64,000 nucleotides of DNA from assembly GCF_036321535.1 (NCBI RefSeq), contig NC_087437.1, forward strand, positions 57,290,001-57,354,000. The letters run 5' to 3'. Positions 38,545 to 50,744 of this stretch are shown piece by piece. The notes under the pieces are model-generated. The model saw only the letters and a list, made by a program, of their open reading frames with translations, was not told the origin of the DNA and did not search any database. The translations under genes and the position numbers were made by a program. The DNA comes from Camelus dromedarius. Its lineage: Eukaryota. Position 1 is the first letter of the stretch. Each line of letters begins with the position of its first letter.

Positions 38545-39320
38545 CACCTTCGGACATAATGCAATATGGGACACACAATCATCTACAAAGTATTCTCTTT
38601 GAAAGGGTCCAAGCTAAATGTGGTGTCATTCTCCAAGACAAGTGTCCTGGTGTCTTCAAGTCAGTAGTATGAAAAGAAAGTGAGACCCTTCTAGGTTTAA
38701 AAATATCTTAGGGACATAACACAATGCGGTTGATCGTCTTTGATTTGATCTTGCGTTGACCAAAGATAAATACACATTGGGGACATTTAGGGAATTTTAA
38801 AATAGATTGAATATTAGATTGTATTAAATATCACTAATTTTAAGGTACAATAGCTTATAGAGAAGATATTTTTTAAAGTCCTGATTTTTAGGTGAAGCAT
38901 ACAAAATATTTAGAGGTGAAATGTAATGATGTTTGTGATTAACTTTAAAATACTAATGAGTTTGGGATTAACAGATATACATTACTGTATATAAAACAGA
39001 TAATCAACAAGGACCTACTGTGTAGCACACTATATTCAATTTCTTGTAATGAGCTGTAATGGAAAAGAATCTGAAAATAAAATATGTATGTATGCATGTA
39101 TTTACATATGTAACTGAATCGCTTTGCTCTACACCTGAAACTAACATTGTAAATCAACTACACTTCAATAAAAAATAAATATAAAAAAATACTATAGCAA
39201 GAAAAAAATGAAAAGCCAATTTGGCAAAATGCAAAAGACTATTAAGTGTATATGATTGGTAAAAGGAATTTATATTGTTTTCTTTTACTTTTTTCTATAA
39301 TTTTGAAAAACTTCTTAAGA
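38545..39320 (+). mobile_element. Old L1 (L1MC4/L1ME-like) 3' UTR interrupted by younger L1 tail
   Basis: ttggggacatttagggaattttaaaatagattg...atatttagaggtgaaatgtaatgatg; resumes after 39194. Confidence 0.7.
38956..39185 (+). mobile_element. 5'-truncated cetartiodactyl-type L1 3' tail
   Basis: gagtttgggattaacagata...acaaggacctactgtgtagcac...tacacctgaaactaac; exact TSD aaaatacta (38947-38955, 39186-39194) at a TT|AAAA endonuclease site. Confidence 0.93.
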
Positions 39321-40084
39321 CTAAAAATCCTACAAAGGCTGTTCAGCTAATAGGAATGGTTTAAAATAGTTTGCCTGTTTGTGTTTGGGTTATTTGTTTG
39401 TTTTGTCACCACCTAGTGAGTGAAGGCTCATGAGAAAAAGCAGATCAGTTATACAAAAAATTAAGAGGTGATTTCTTTTTGGTGTAGTGTGAGTTCTTTT
39501 GTAACTTTAAAAATTAATTCATATAAAACTGGAGAGAGAGAGAGATCATTGAAACTCTATGCTTTCTGGGACTCATGTTTCTCTTGAGGAGGAGGACTCG
39601 CCTCCTAGGTTCCTGTTTGATTTATTCTGTGTCATTCACGTCCATGTGTACTCCCTACGGACATCTCAACAGTTATGATGTCCCTTGGGCACTTCAATTC
39701 CCATGAGTTTAAAATTGAATTCATCTTAATTATCTCTACTAATCAAGTCCTGTTAATTTCTAAGAAGGAGTGTTAACTGACTAGTAGAGTGTTTGAAAGA
39801 TAGTAGGTTCCTAATAGGCAGTAGCTGCATTCTTATAATAATTATTAGTGTTTTTATTAACCCCCTTAATTTATTCTGTTTCTCTCCACATTCAGTTCAT
39901 TGATTCTCCACATTGCCTGCCACATACACCTTAGATTATCTGTCTTTCTTTTCCATTTCTACTGTCATCACACCCTTGTTACTTTTCATCTATTATTTTT
40001 GAAATTTCCAACTATATTTTACCTTGGATTCAGGCTCTGTATTTTGCTTCATGCCGTATTACTCCATGCCGTGGTGGAACACAC

Positions 40085-40330
40085 TTAGCACAGTCCTTAA
40101 GAGCTTGGTCTGTGGAGTTAAACTGTCTCTATTCAGATCCTGACTCTACTATGGTTTAGTCAGACATTAATTTAGCCATTTAATTATAATCTCGTCTGCA
40201 GTGTGGTTATACAACTATGTCTCCTCATACATTTGTGGTAGGAATTAAATTAGGTTATACATGCACATCACATAGAACAGAATCTAACAATTTGTAAGTG
40301 ATTTGAACAGTTTCCAAAAATATAATTAAT
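40085..40330 (+). mobile_element. MIR
   Basis: tagcacagtccttaagagcttggtctgtggagttaaactg...ttcagatcctgactctact. Confidence 0.7.
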
Positions 40331-40634
40331 GGTTGGAATGGATGATGAAATATTAATCTACTGTCCTAATTTTTTATATTTATGCACTTTTAAACTATTT
40401 TAACAAATCTGTCATAATAAAAATTTTTATAGATTAGAATATCATGTTCAAATCACATTTTAAATCTCGTAAGTAGATTATATCAATTCACATATCTGCT
40501 AGTGCTTTATAAAAATGTGCATTTCAAAAAAAATTTGCCAACTGAGAATTATTGTTTATTTAATGTTTTCCAAATTGAAAGACAAATATTTTATTGCTTC
40601 AATTTTAATTTCCTAAATTCAACAGTTTATATAT

Positions 40635-40820
40635 ATTGGAAAGCCACCTTAGTGTTTATATAATTTGAATCCCTTATTGCAAATAAGAAAGTAAGGCCCA
40701 GAAAGATGGAATTACTTGCCAGATCTCACACAGTCATTTAATACCCAATCCATAAAGGAGAACTCTGGTGTCTCTCTTCCAATTTCAACTGGGGTTCTTT
40801 CCATGTCATAATGCTGTTAT
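40635..40820 (-). mobile_element. MIR
   Basis: ttgcaaataagaaagtaaggcccagaaagatggaattacttgccagatctcacacag. Confidence 0.75.
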
Positions 40821-41427
40821 TATATTTGCGTTTAATCATGTTTAAATCCCCTACTTTATACTGAGCATTTCTGAGCATTTTCAGAGAAGAAAGAAACTAT
40901 ATTTCCTCCTAGTGCTCCTAGTGCTTTGAACAGAGCACCTTTCAAGTAAATACTGAATGAATAAATAAGTATATGAATCACATGTCAAATAAACAATGCC
41001 AACATAAATTATTATGAATATTCATCAAGCCAGATTTTTTAATGTCCTTATCATATTTATCACTGTGAAATCACATTAGTTTGAAGATATAGAACAGCTT
41101 GTTGTAGAGAAACAAAACAGGCAGGGATCGGATTTTAAAGGTTAACATGAGGGGAGTAGGGATTCGAGAAATTAAGAGCCTTACGCCAAGAAACAGCAAA
41201 TGTGTGCACGAGTGTCGGTCAAACATCATAAAATCGGGGAGTGTGCTTTGACATGTGGGGGATTCCTTGTCCCAAATTAAACAATTATCACATCCTGCTA
41301 GGACATGATTGTTTTACTGGAAAATTATGTTTGGGACCAAGGTCAAATGTCCCCAGTTTTTCCTCTCTTTAATGCAGGTGAGTCATACAGAAGTAGAATG
41401 AGCCCTTGACTCTGCTGTATGGGCCCA

Positions 41428-42140
41428 CTTCATTCATTCATTCAATTTATATTTGTGGAATAGCTATTATGTAACAGAACCTCCACTATATTCTGGAGAT
41501 AAAGGAGTGAACAAGATGAACAGTTGCCTTGCCTCAAGGAGCAATATTCTGCTGGGGGAGAATAACCCTATATAAGGAATCAAACAGAAAGGCAATGACA
41601 GGGTGATGTGAGCTAGAGGAACTAGGGCATAAACCGGAGCAGGTAGAGTTGTCAAGAAGACCTTTCTGAAGAGGGAATGTTTAAGCCAAAATGATGTGCT
41701 GTGATGTGTTAAACACATAGCAGGAAAGAGGGTGAATGAAAACCCAGGTGTGGCAAATAATCTGCCAGGTTTTCAAGTCCTCAACCAGTTCAGTAAAGCT
41801 GGAGTTAAGCAAGTTTCCAGAGGAGTGAAGAGAGGATGCTACTGGTGAGCCAGAGAGAAGCCAGAGAAAGCGAGAGTGTACTCTGAGCTCAGGAGCTTGG
41901 CATTTACTTACTCACATTGGGAAGCTATGAAACAATCTGTAGACAAGGGAATAAATGTTCAGATTTGCTATTCACTACAACTGCCCATCAGTCAAGTGGA
42001 GGATATATTGGAGGCGAGATACACCAGAACCTGAGAGAGAAATAAGGAGGCAACTATGCTTATTCATTTAATGGTAAGGATCAGACCTGAGCTATTGATA
42101 GGACATCTGGAAAAGTTAAGGGAAGAGACTGAGACACTTC
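41428..42140 (-). mobile_element. LINE-2 3' region
   Basis: (CATT)n tail then ggagataaaggagtgaacaagatgaacagttgccttgcctcaaggagc. Confidence 0.8.
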
Positions 42141-42169
42141 GAGACACCTTATTCATGTCTCTTTTATAG

Positions 42170-42330
42170 CAGTTATTCTTCTGAGGTCATTTGTTTTCTT
42201 GTCTGTCTTCCCCATCAGAACATAAACTCTCTGAACACAGTACCCTTATTTATGGTACTTTTCAAAGGGTTTGCACATAGTAATCACTGTTCATATCCAT
42301 TAGGTAAAAGGATAAATAAATGAAATAATT
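42170..42330 (+). mobile_element. LINE-2 3' end
   Basis: cttgtctgtcttccccatcagaacataaactctctga...gcacatagta. Confidence 0.65.
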
Positions 42331-43184
42331 TAATATGGAAACACTTTCTTGCTTTTTTGTTCTATACGCAGTGCCTTGTGGGATATGTAGAACGGCTCCA
42401 TTATTCAGACGGGCAAAGTGAGGCTGACGTGAGGAGGAGACAGTCTTCTTACTCTCTTCATGCTCCACTATTCTTTCCACATCACCAAAATAACTTGTCA
42501 GGAAGGGAAAGAATATTCAAGCAGTGCTAGTCACTCTCAATTCATAGCTATTTCCCATTTCTTCCAACTTTTATTTAGGTAAATTTTAAACATAATGTTA
42601 TCATATATGTTTAACTTTCCAAAGCATGATTTTTTGTCATTTTCATAGAATTAAAAAAGTAAAATGGAATGAAAGTGGATTCAGTCTTTCATATCAGTTT
42701 ACTTTAGGCTCTCATCTTGAGATACTTCAATAAATATTTTCTTTGAACTAAAGATCACAGTCAGCCGAAGGCTTTCTTAAGTTATTCAGTGACATGAACA
42801 CCAGCAGTGCAGAGCTAGCATTCTGCACATCAACTGTTAAAATTAACCTTAATTATTTTGGAGTATATATCCCATGTCTTGTGCATATTTTGTATTCATA
42901 TAAACAGGATAATGTATTTTTTCTGAAATATATACCACATGATTGCAAATGAAATATTCATTGGAGAAAAGTTTACAATGACAATATTTGAGCAAGATTA
43001 TACAGCATTTCTATCCGCTTCTTGCATCTAAATCCTTTCCCTTGAGTATAATCATGTAATATGACAAATGATATAGTAATGTAGCATTTTTGGTTTCCTT
43101 CCTGTTCTTCATTATTCTTGCACACACTGTATATTGATGCCAAAGTCATTTATAAGCCCTTTCTCCCTTTCCTGCCTTTACTAC

Positions 43185-43340
43185 AGAGATAGTAAAGTAT
43201 AAATTAGAATCACCCAGAAAGCTTATTAAGCCACAGATTATTGAGTCAGTGGGTCTAGAACAGAGACAGAAATTTATACGTTCGACGTTATCTTAAGTGA
43301 CAATGATGCTGGTTCAGGGACCACAAATTGGGAACTACTG
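43185..43340 (-). mobile_element. MER5A-like hAT MITE (internally deleted)
   Basis: attagaatcacccagaaagcttattaa...gatgctggttcagggaccacaaattgggaactactg. Confidence 0.75.
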
Positions 43341-43397
43341 CTTGACAACAGAGGCTAAGATGCCACATTTACCTTCCTTAATATCTATATGGCCTTC

Positions 43398-43811
43398 TGT
43401 CTCTCAAGAGGTGCTGGGTTATTCTGCAATGACAAAAATAACTGCCAAATGTAAGCAGCTGAAAAGAACAAAAATAACAAAGGTATGTCTCTCAGCAAAA
43501 GTTTCATACACAAGTAAAGTCATTGTGAACTCTTCTCCATGGGTCCTCACTCTGGGACCCAGGCACATACAGCTGTAATTTGGAATGTTCCTATAGATAG
43601 TGACAGAGGGAAAAAGATGTAACAACTTGTACACTGGAGTCTTAAAGGTACAGCTCAGTTATAATACATATCATTTTTGCTTAAATTTCGTTGACTGATA
43701 CAAGTAACTTACTACACTTCATTTCCGATCAGGGGCGGGGGGAAGTGGAGGGGAAGATGCTTGCAGAGAGGTGAACCTGAGTACTAGTGAACAGGTACAA
43801 AGGCCACCACA
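43398..43811 (-). mobile_element. MaLR LTR, MLT1I/J-like
   Basis: gctgggttattctgcaatgacaaa...cctcactctgggacccaggc...gacagagggaaaaaga...ccaccaca. Confidence 0.72.
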
Positions 43812-43967
43812 GATGCACTCCTGACCAATACCATGTGGGGCCTTCCAGGAGAAGAGTAGACTTGGCAGACATGCTCCTTCTGCACTTCCCCCTCTTCAAG
43901 GTGCACTTTCTTTTTAACTGGTATATAGATGTGATTTCTGGGGGTGCAATAGCCTTATAGAGGTCAG

Positions 43968-44190
43968 ACAGGCCTGTAAACTAGGGCATGTCAGTCAAAT
44001 CTGGCCCATCACTTGTTTTCGTAAATAAAGCTTTACTGGAACAGTCTCAGTCATTCATTCACATACTGTCAACTGCTACTTTCACACTACAAGGGCAAAG
44101 TTAGGAAGTGGCAACACAGACCCTATGGCCCACAAAGCCAAAAGTATTGATTGTCTGGCCCTTTACAGTAAAAAGTTTGTCAACCCCTCC
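43968..44190 (+). mobile_element. MER58A (hAT-Charlie)
   Basis: caaatctggccc...gtaaataaagctttactggaaca...atggcccacaaagccaaaa...ctggccctttacagtaaaaagtttgtcaacccct. Confidence 0.9.
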
Positions 44191-44199
44191 CTGTACTAA

Positions 44200-44382
44200 A
44201 GATACCAGAGCAGGAACATACAGGGAACTTAGATCTTTGATGACGTTTTCGATCACCTATACTACTATGAGATACCTTTCTTTCAGTTCTTTTTTTAAAC
44301 AAGAGAAATCTTAATCCCTACTCATTCAAACTGGGCCAGCAGAGTTTATCATTCGCAGCTGAAAGTGTTCTTAACTGATACA
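44200..44382 (+). mobile_element. Old MaLR LTR 3' fragment (MLT1K/L-like)
   Basis: Ends ttcgcagctgaaagtgttcttaactgataca. Confidence 0.55.
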
Positions 44383-44394
44383 TCTACAAACATT

Positions 44395-44560
44395 CTGAGA
44401 TGCTGGAACACTAGGTATTATCCAAATTTTCAGGTGGGAAACCCAACACAGAAGTGAAGTGGTTTGTCCAAGCTCACGCAGCTAGCTACTTGGCAGAGTG
44501 AGTTCTAAAGCCAAAAATAAAGGTCCCAGGTCAGAACACTTTATGGGTGCACTGCAATGC
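44395..44560 (-). mobile_element. MIR
   Basis: ttttcaggtgggaaacccaacacagaagtgaagtggtttgtccaagctcacgcagctag. Confidence 0.78.
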
Positions 44561-44849
44561 CATTTTTTAAATTTTGTTTAGTAAAATATTGGGAAATACA
44601 TCATCGTGCCAAAGAAGTTGTAAATAAAGACAAAGATAATGATCACAGCAGTGACAAGTTTAGATGAGATACAATGGCCTAGATACTTGGATGTAAACAA
44701 ACCTGAATACTCACTTTTTAGTTCTGGCTAAAGGTATAAGATCAGAGTATGAATAATAATAATGAGTGTGTATATGGGAAAGCACACGCTCTCAGGAATT
44801 TATAAAATGAAAATAGGGCACATATTTTTGAGAGTTTATTTGGGCCAGA

Positions 44850-45025
44850 GTTTTTCACAGAGAAACATTAAGTCTTATAACAACTCATGTTACTGAAATA
44901 TAACTTTTATGTCCCTTTACACATCAACAATCTGAGACTCAAAGAGTTGTAAAGACTTGTTTAAGGTCACACAGCCAAGTTAGAGTGAAGCTTGGATCAA
45001 AGTGCCTGTCTTCTAATAGGTCATG
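44850..45025 (-). mobile_element. MIR
   Basis: ctgagactcaaagagttgtaaagacttgtttaaggtcacacagccaag. Confidence 0.75.
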
Positions 45026-45197
45026 TTTCCCCCTCTCTCTCTTTCTCTCTCTCTTTCTTTTCAAATACAGCTTGGTGTCAGACAGAAGTAAGTGGATATG
45101 TCTAATGGAACTTTGTCTCTGGTAGATGCCTGACTTTCCTTCTTTCTTTTGTCTTCCAATAGCTGCAAGTTTTGTTTCCCAATATTGCCTTCCTAGG

Positions 45198-45384
45198 CAG
45201 TTATCCTCCAAATGTGGTCCCTGAATGAGCATCATCAATAATACTAGAAATTTGTTAGAAATGCAAATTTCTGGGCCCACCCCAGATTTATAGTATTTGA
45301 GGAGCTAGAGATCCCAGCCCAGTAATCTGTGTTGTACAAAACTCTCTCTGGTGATTCTGATGGACTAAAAATTGAGAGCTACTT
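45198..45384 (+). mobile_element. MER5A (hAT-Charlie)
   Basis: tgtggtccctg...ttgttagaaatgcaaatttctgggcccaccccaga...ggtgattctgatg. Confidence 0.9.
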
Positions 45385-45753
45385 CCCAAAGGTGTTGTAT
45401 TCGGGCCCTGATAGCTAGCTCCTACTTTCCTGAGGTCCGAGGTGAACTCTCACATGTAAAGCATCCCCAGAAAGGAAGGACTCACCTTGGCCTCCTTTGT
45501 TATTCCCCTGGAGTGTTTACATTTTAACAGGAGATTCTTGAGTGCTGGGTACAGAATAAATACACTGAATAAATCAACTAAGGAAGGAAGGAAGAAGAAT
45601 CCTGAAGAGATGATACAAATAATATATACATTTCAATAGGCTTAGTGAAGGGTGCTAAGATTTAGTGAAATGCCTACATACCAGAGTGTGATAGGGTAAA
45701 GACTGAGATTTTTTAAATCTGGACAAAAGGTGATGGTGGCTTCAGGGAGGAAT

Positions 45754-46374
45754 TGAGACAGGATGGAAGGGGGCAGGGCACAGCCATTCAAGGAATGCTA
45801 CAGCAATTAACATCAAAATGGTGAAAGATTCAACCCCCAGTAGGCCCTGAGGCTCAGGATGATGAGAGATTTAACTTCTAGTAGATCTTGAGCTTCATTA
45901 TACGCTCATTGTAATACATTAACATGGTGAATAGCATGCCCACAGGCACCATGGCAGTCCCAAGGCTAGCCACAAAAGGTCAAAGAGTGGGAAATAGCCA
46001 GCTTCCTGGGAACCCCAGCCCCTTCCCCAGGCTACTTAGACTAGTCCTTCCACTTACTAGCATATGAAGCCAGCAAGCCCATAAAAACTAGCAACATGGC
46101 CTCACAGCAGCCTCTCTCTCTCCATTGGAGACGGCCCATACTCTGTCTATGGTGTGCCTACTTTTAATCTGAGCACCCAACCCCCACACCTCATGGCCTT
46201 TCTCATGCTTTTCAATGTATCGCTAAATAAATCTACCTTTACTCAACGGTGACTCACACTTGAATCTTTTCTGTGCGAAGCCAAGGACCCACACTTGGCG
46301 GGGCACGTCCCAGGGGCTCAACCGAGACCTGGGACACAGCCCTCCTCATGCCCCACGTCTGTTTTTCTGTATCA
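45754..46374 (+). mobile_element. ERV1 solo LTR, MER41-like (621 bp)
   Basis: TG...CA ends with inverted termini TGAGACAGGA / TTCTGTATCA; exact 4-bp TSD gaat (45750-45753, 46375-46378); CATAAAAA and AATAAA; colinear with recalled MER41 motifs. Confidence 0.92.
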
Positions 46375-46439
46375 GAATGTTAAGTTTGAGGTCCAATCAT
46401 GCAGTCATTCAAAAAAAGTTTTATATAACATACACTAAG

Positions 46440-47590
46440 TTCTAGCCAGTATTCCAGTGAACAAAAGAAAACATTTCTGACTTCAAACAGGTTATACACT
46501 AGGGGAGGAAATATAGTTGGTTGAACTGATGTTTGAACGGAGACCTAACTGCAGTGGGGATGAACAGTGCAAATATCTGAGGAAGGAGCAGAGGACCTTG
46601 TGGTGAGAATGTTTGTGGATCAGCAAGGTGAGGAAGACAAGAGTGGACTGGAGGAGGGGAAGCATCTAGGAGATCGGTAGAGAGCTATTGAGAGAAAAGA
46701 ACAAAGATTTGGGATTTTATCTAAGTGTGATGAAAACCCATTGAAATTTTGAGATCGAGATCAGACAGGCTCTGATTTATCTTTTAAAATGATTCCTTTG
46801 GGTGGTGAGTGGAGGGTCATCAGAGGATGGGAGAGAATCCTGCAAGTGTGAAATGGACAGAACAGTTAAGAGACTAATACAGTAAAATCCAGGTGGCTCA
46901 ACAGGAAGTGGTAGCAGTAGAGGAGGAGAGACATGGTTGTAATTAGGTTAGTTGAATAGCAATGAAAGAATTTTGTGATAGTTTTGAGGTTGGTGTCAGA
47001 GAAATTGAATTGACAATGACTTCTCTAAGCTGTTTGGCCGAAACAATTGCACTTAATGGTGAAAAGTCATTTCCTGGGTCAGGAAATCCTGAAAGAGATG
47101 CAGGCATTTGGTGGGAAAATATGACAAGGATCTAGAAGTCTGTTCTGTGTGAGATGCATACTGACATCCAGGAATACAGATACAGAGTCTGGAGCTCAGA
47201 GGAGAGATATAACCACTTTGGGAGTCATTGGCATATAAACTGCAAAGGCCAAGTAAGTTCCCTCAGGGAGAGATGGGGACTGAAAATGGAATGCCTTGCA
47301 GAAATAATGCCTAAACTAAGAAACAGCACAGTCCCTACCTCCAAATAAAAAGAGGCTCATAAAAGAGGATAGCATGTGAAAAGTAGAACCATGTGGTATC
47401 ATAGAATCCAAGGAAGCAGAGTTTTGAGAAGAAGGATTGTTCAATAGTGTCAAATGCAGCCAACAGGCCAAGCAAACTACAACTGAAAATAGCTGTTGGT
47501 TCAAGATACATAGAGGTGTTTCCTAATGACTGTTTCGTTGTGATGATAAGAAAATTCAAGTCAGAATTGTTTGATGAAGGTAGGAGAGAG
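46440..47590 (-). mobile_element. LINE-2 with RT remnant
   Basis: ORF 47335..47559 contains LLGLLAAFDTIEQ, similar to the L2 RT motif LLDLSAAFDTVDH. Confidence 0.85.
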
Positions 47591-47794
47591 AGAGAGAGAG
47601 GAAATAAAAGAAGCTAGAATACTCATATCTTATTTTTCTTTAATCAAGAGTACAAAAATTTTGACAGGATATTCATGTTTATTTTGAGTATATAGATATA
47701 TATATATATATCTCCATGTTTGTATTGACTTTTTAAAAAATAAAATTCTATGAGGAAAGCTTTATTTAATAACTGGGGGAATATTCGTATACCC

Positions 47795-47950
47795 TTTTAA
47801 GCCCAGTTTTCTCATTTGTGAAATGGGGTTAATATAAAACTGCTTATGAGTCCATTGTGTGTATTAAATTTAATAATCCAAATAAAATACAGAGCACGTA
47901 GTTTGAGGCATGGTTAATAAATGTTAACTGCAATTATTTCATATTATTAT
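47795..47950 (+). mobile_element. MIR
   Basis: aagcccagttttctcatttgtgaaatggggttaata...aataaatgttaac. Confidence 0.8.
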
Positions 47951-48691
47951 CATTATTTGATAGCTTTCTTCTTTCCTAATTTCTGTCTCTTCCCCAAGAC
48001 AATCAATTACCTATAGGCTGTTGGCTTATTTGCTGGCCATAATAATCCTATTTTTCATAGAAAGCTGACTTTTTTCTTCTATCTCAGTTTCCAGCAGTCT
48101 CATTTCCCCTTATGACTTTCAGGCCCATTTTCACAGAAGCATGTCTTCTTTGATTCTAATGAAGACCTTAAAACAGATTCCTGAAGTTTCCTTTTGGCTC
48201 CAGCACTAGCACATTTTCAGAATTTATGTTATTCTTTTGGGTCTCCTAGATGCTGTGTTTGCTTTCTTATTCTTTAGAATTTTCTATTGAAGAACATGAT
48301 GATTTTTAGAGGTTTTTTGGGTTTTTTTTTTTTTCCTGACTCATCTTCATCAGAAAAGATATCGCTGGACAATCCTTGGTATTGCTCTCAGTCCACTCAG
48401 AAGGTGATGCAGCCTTCTTTGAATCCTTAGGTGGGAAGGACTGATGCATACAGCTTCTGCATCTCAAGCTGGCTTTCACCCGAGGCATTGCTGCACTGCT
48501 AAGGTAGCATCTTTTTCTACCACCTTCTGGCTGGTTCTTCATTCACCTAACCTGATGTAACATATGAAAAGCACAATCTCTAGCAGTCATTGCTACAATG
48601 GCCTGCCTGTTTCTTTTGACTTCTATGGTAATTTTCTAGTGAGGATCATCCCTCCGAACTGTCACATGCCCCTGCTGGATTCCAGTACGTA

Positions 48692-49218
48692 TGAGAAGCT
48701 GAATGTACACATACATCATAGCCAGTCTGTATATAAAAATAGAACTCTGACCCACAATGTGATGCAACCATCCCAAGAAGCCAACCTCTTATCTACAGTG
48801 AACAGTCAAGAAGGGCTGACTACCAACTGTAGCAACCAATCCAGGGAGGCAAACAATAACTCCTGCAGCAATCAGCCAAAATGGCCAGGACCTGATTAAT
48901 AACTGTTAGCTTCCTTAATATTTGCTCCCACTTCTAATTTAGGATCACCCAGAGAAAGCCAAATGTGTGACCCAACCAATCACATAGGATGCCCTGCTTC
49001 TAGTTAGCCCACCTCCAGTTTCCCTATGCCAACAGCATCCCATTCAGGGCATACTTGAAGCTTTCCTGTTTTTTCTACTGTGAAGCTTTCCCACTCCTCT
49101 GCCTGCCTTTGAGTCTCTGCCAAACACAAATGATGATGGCTGATCCCTTGCTATAGCAAACTCTGAGTAAATAACTCTTTGCTTGCTCTCATTTGAATGG
49201 TCTTCATTTATTTTCACA
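48692..49218 (+). mobile_element. ERV1 solo LTR, MER110/MER89/MER90-like
   Basis: atataaaaatagaactctgacccacaa...aaccaatcacataggatgcc...ttgagtctctgccaaa...ttttcaca; internal gcaacca-type repeats. Confidence 0.8.
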
Positions 49219-50744
49219 CTAACTGCCCAGTTAAATTCTGGGCTATTTAGCTTCTACCTAGATAAATAAGAATCAACTAATATTTGGGGGAACAATATAT
49301 TTTAAGAGGAAAAGAAAAATATACCATAAGCTAAAATTTAGATCATTTATTATTATTATTATTCATTTGCATCTGCCTCATAATTATGCAATTTTTTAAA
49401 ACTAATTTTCCCTTTTTTAAAATTTTCATGGTTATTTTAGTGAAAAGTCGGGAGAGGGTGCTCAGTGTTGGCATCTTATACCAGGAGTAACCATGCTACT
49501 CTTTACTGTATTTTATTATGATGCACGTTCTGACACACTAATTTCAATGTTAATCATGTGTTTCCCTGGCTGACAACTTTGACTCTCTTTCCACACACAC
49601 ACACCTACAAACACACACACAGTTCCAGTGATTAATGAATCCCATTATCCAGATAATTTTATTTGTTTGTTTTTTAAAATTTATCCTCAAATGTATCCTT
49701 ATTTTAGGTGACAGTGTTATCTTTCTTGAATTAACTATAGGCTGATTCACTGAACCACCTGGCTGTCTAATAAACCTTCTAATTAATGGCATGCCTTCTA
49801 ATTAAAAAAATATTTATTTCCCATATGATGCTGTGAATAGCTCTGTGGCTTTTTATAAAGAAATGAGGAGCTAGCACTCACACATATCCTTCAAAGAAGA
49901 AAGACATCAGGCTGTTTAGAAGCCTGAACAGGTCTTCTTCTTAGCTCTTTCTATCAACTGAGAAAAGTTAAATTTCACAACTTGTGTTTGCTGCGTGAGT
50001 AGTCTGTTTTGCTTTTATCTGCTTTTCACCTCTGCACACAGACTGGTGTCCTTGAAACACAAAGTAATTTAGAGTGGCTCTCTGCTATTCCCGGTAATTC
50101 AGCCTTGTTTTTCTATTGCACACTCCAAAGCTCAGCATGAAACATTCATCCTACTTAATCATGACAATGTAGATGCCAGAAGGAATTGAGTAAAGCAGCG
50201 GTGCAGCAAGGATCTGGCCTTAGTGAGGAGGAATCCTGGCTCCTTGTTTTCCCTTGTAACTTCCATTGCCTGCACCCCTTCAGTTCCCTTAATGATTCCT
50301 CCACCCTTGCTGACTGCCTCAGGTTATCCATTAGCATTTTGCTGCAATCTCAAATTATTCTTCTTATTAGCCAAATCTCAGAAATGTGTTACATACGCTG
50401 GTGCAGTTAATAGGAAGTGCTCTACATCTCCAGTTCGTTTAAATCAATTCGATGCTGTTCACCTGTTCTGAGAGGCATTTGACTTTAAGGATTTCGTGGA
50501 GACACAGCTTGTTATTGGAGTTGACACTCACGCTGACTCAGGGAATTGTCTCCTTTTAGACACGTGGCTCATCTGGAGTCAGCTAGTTTAGTATCATGCT
50601 AAGTCCTCTATCATTTGATTCCTCTCTTAATATTCTTTCTTCTACCAAACAAGCATACAAAACAGGAGTATGTATGTTACTAAACAGTAACAGTGGAGTC
50701 ATCCGAGTGTTATTAATAATAATGATTGCTGATAATGCAAACTC

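Noticed and set aside
43731..43755. G-quadruplex / Sp1-like tract
   Set aside because: Only three separated G3+ runs and inside an old MLT1 LTR.
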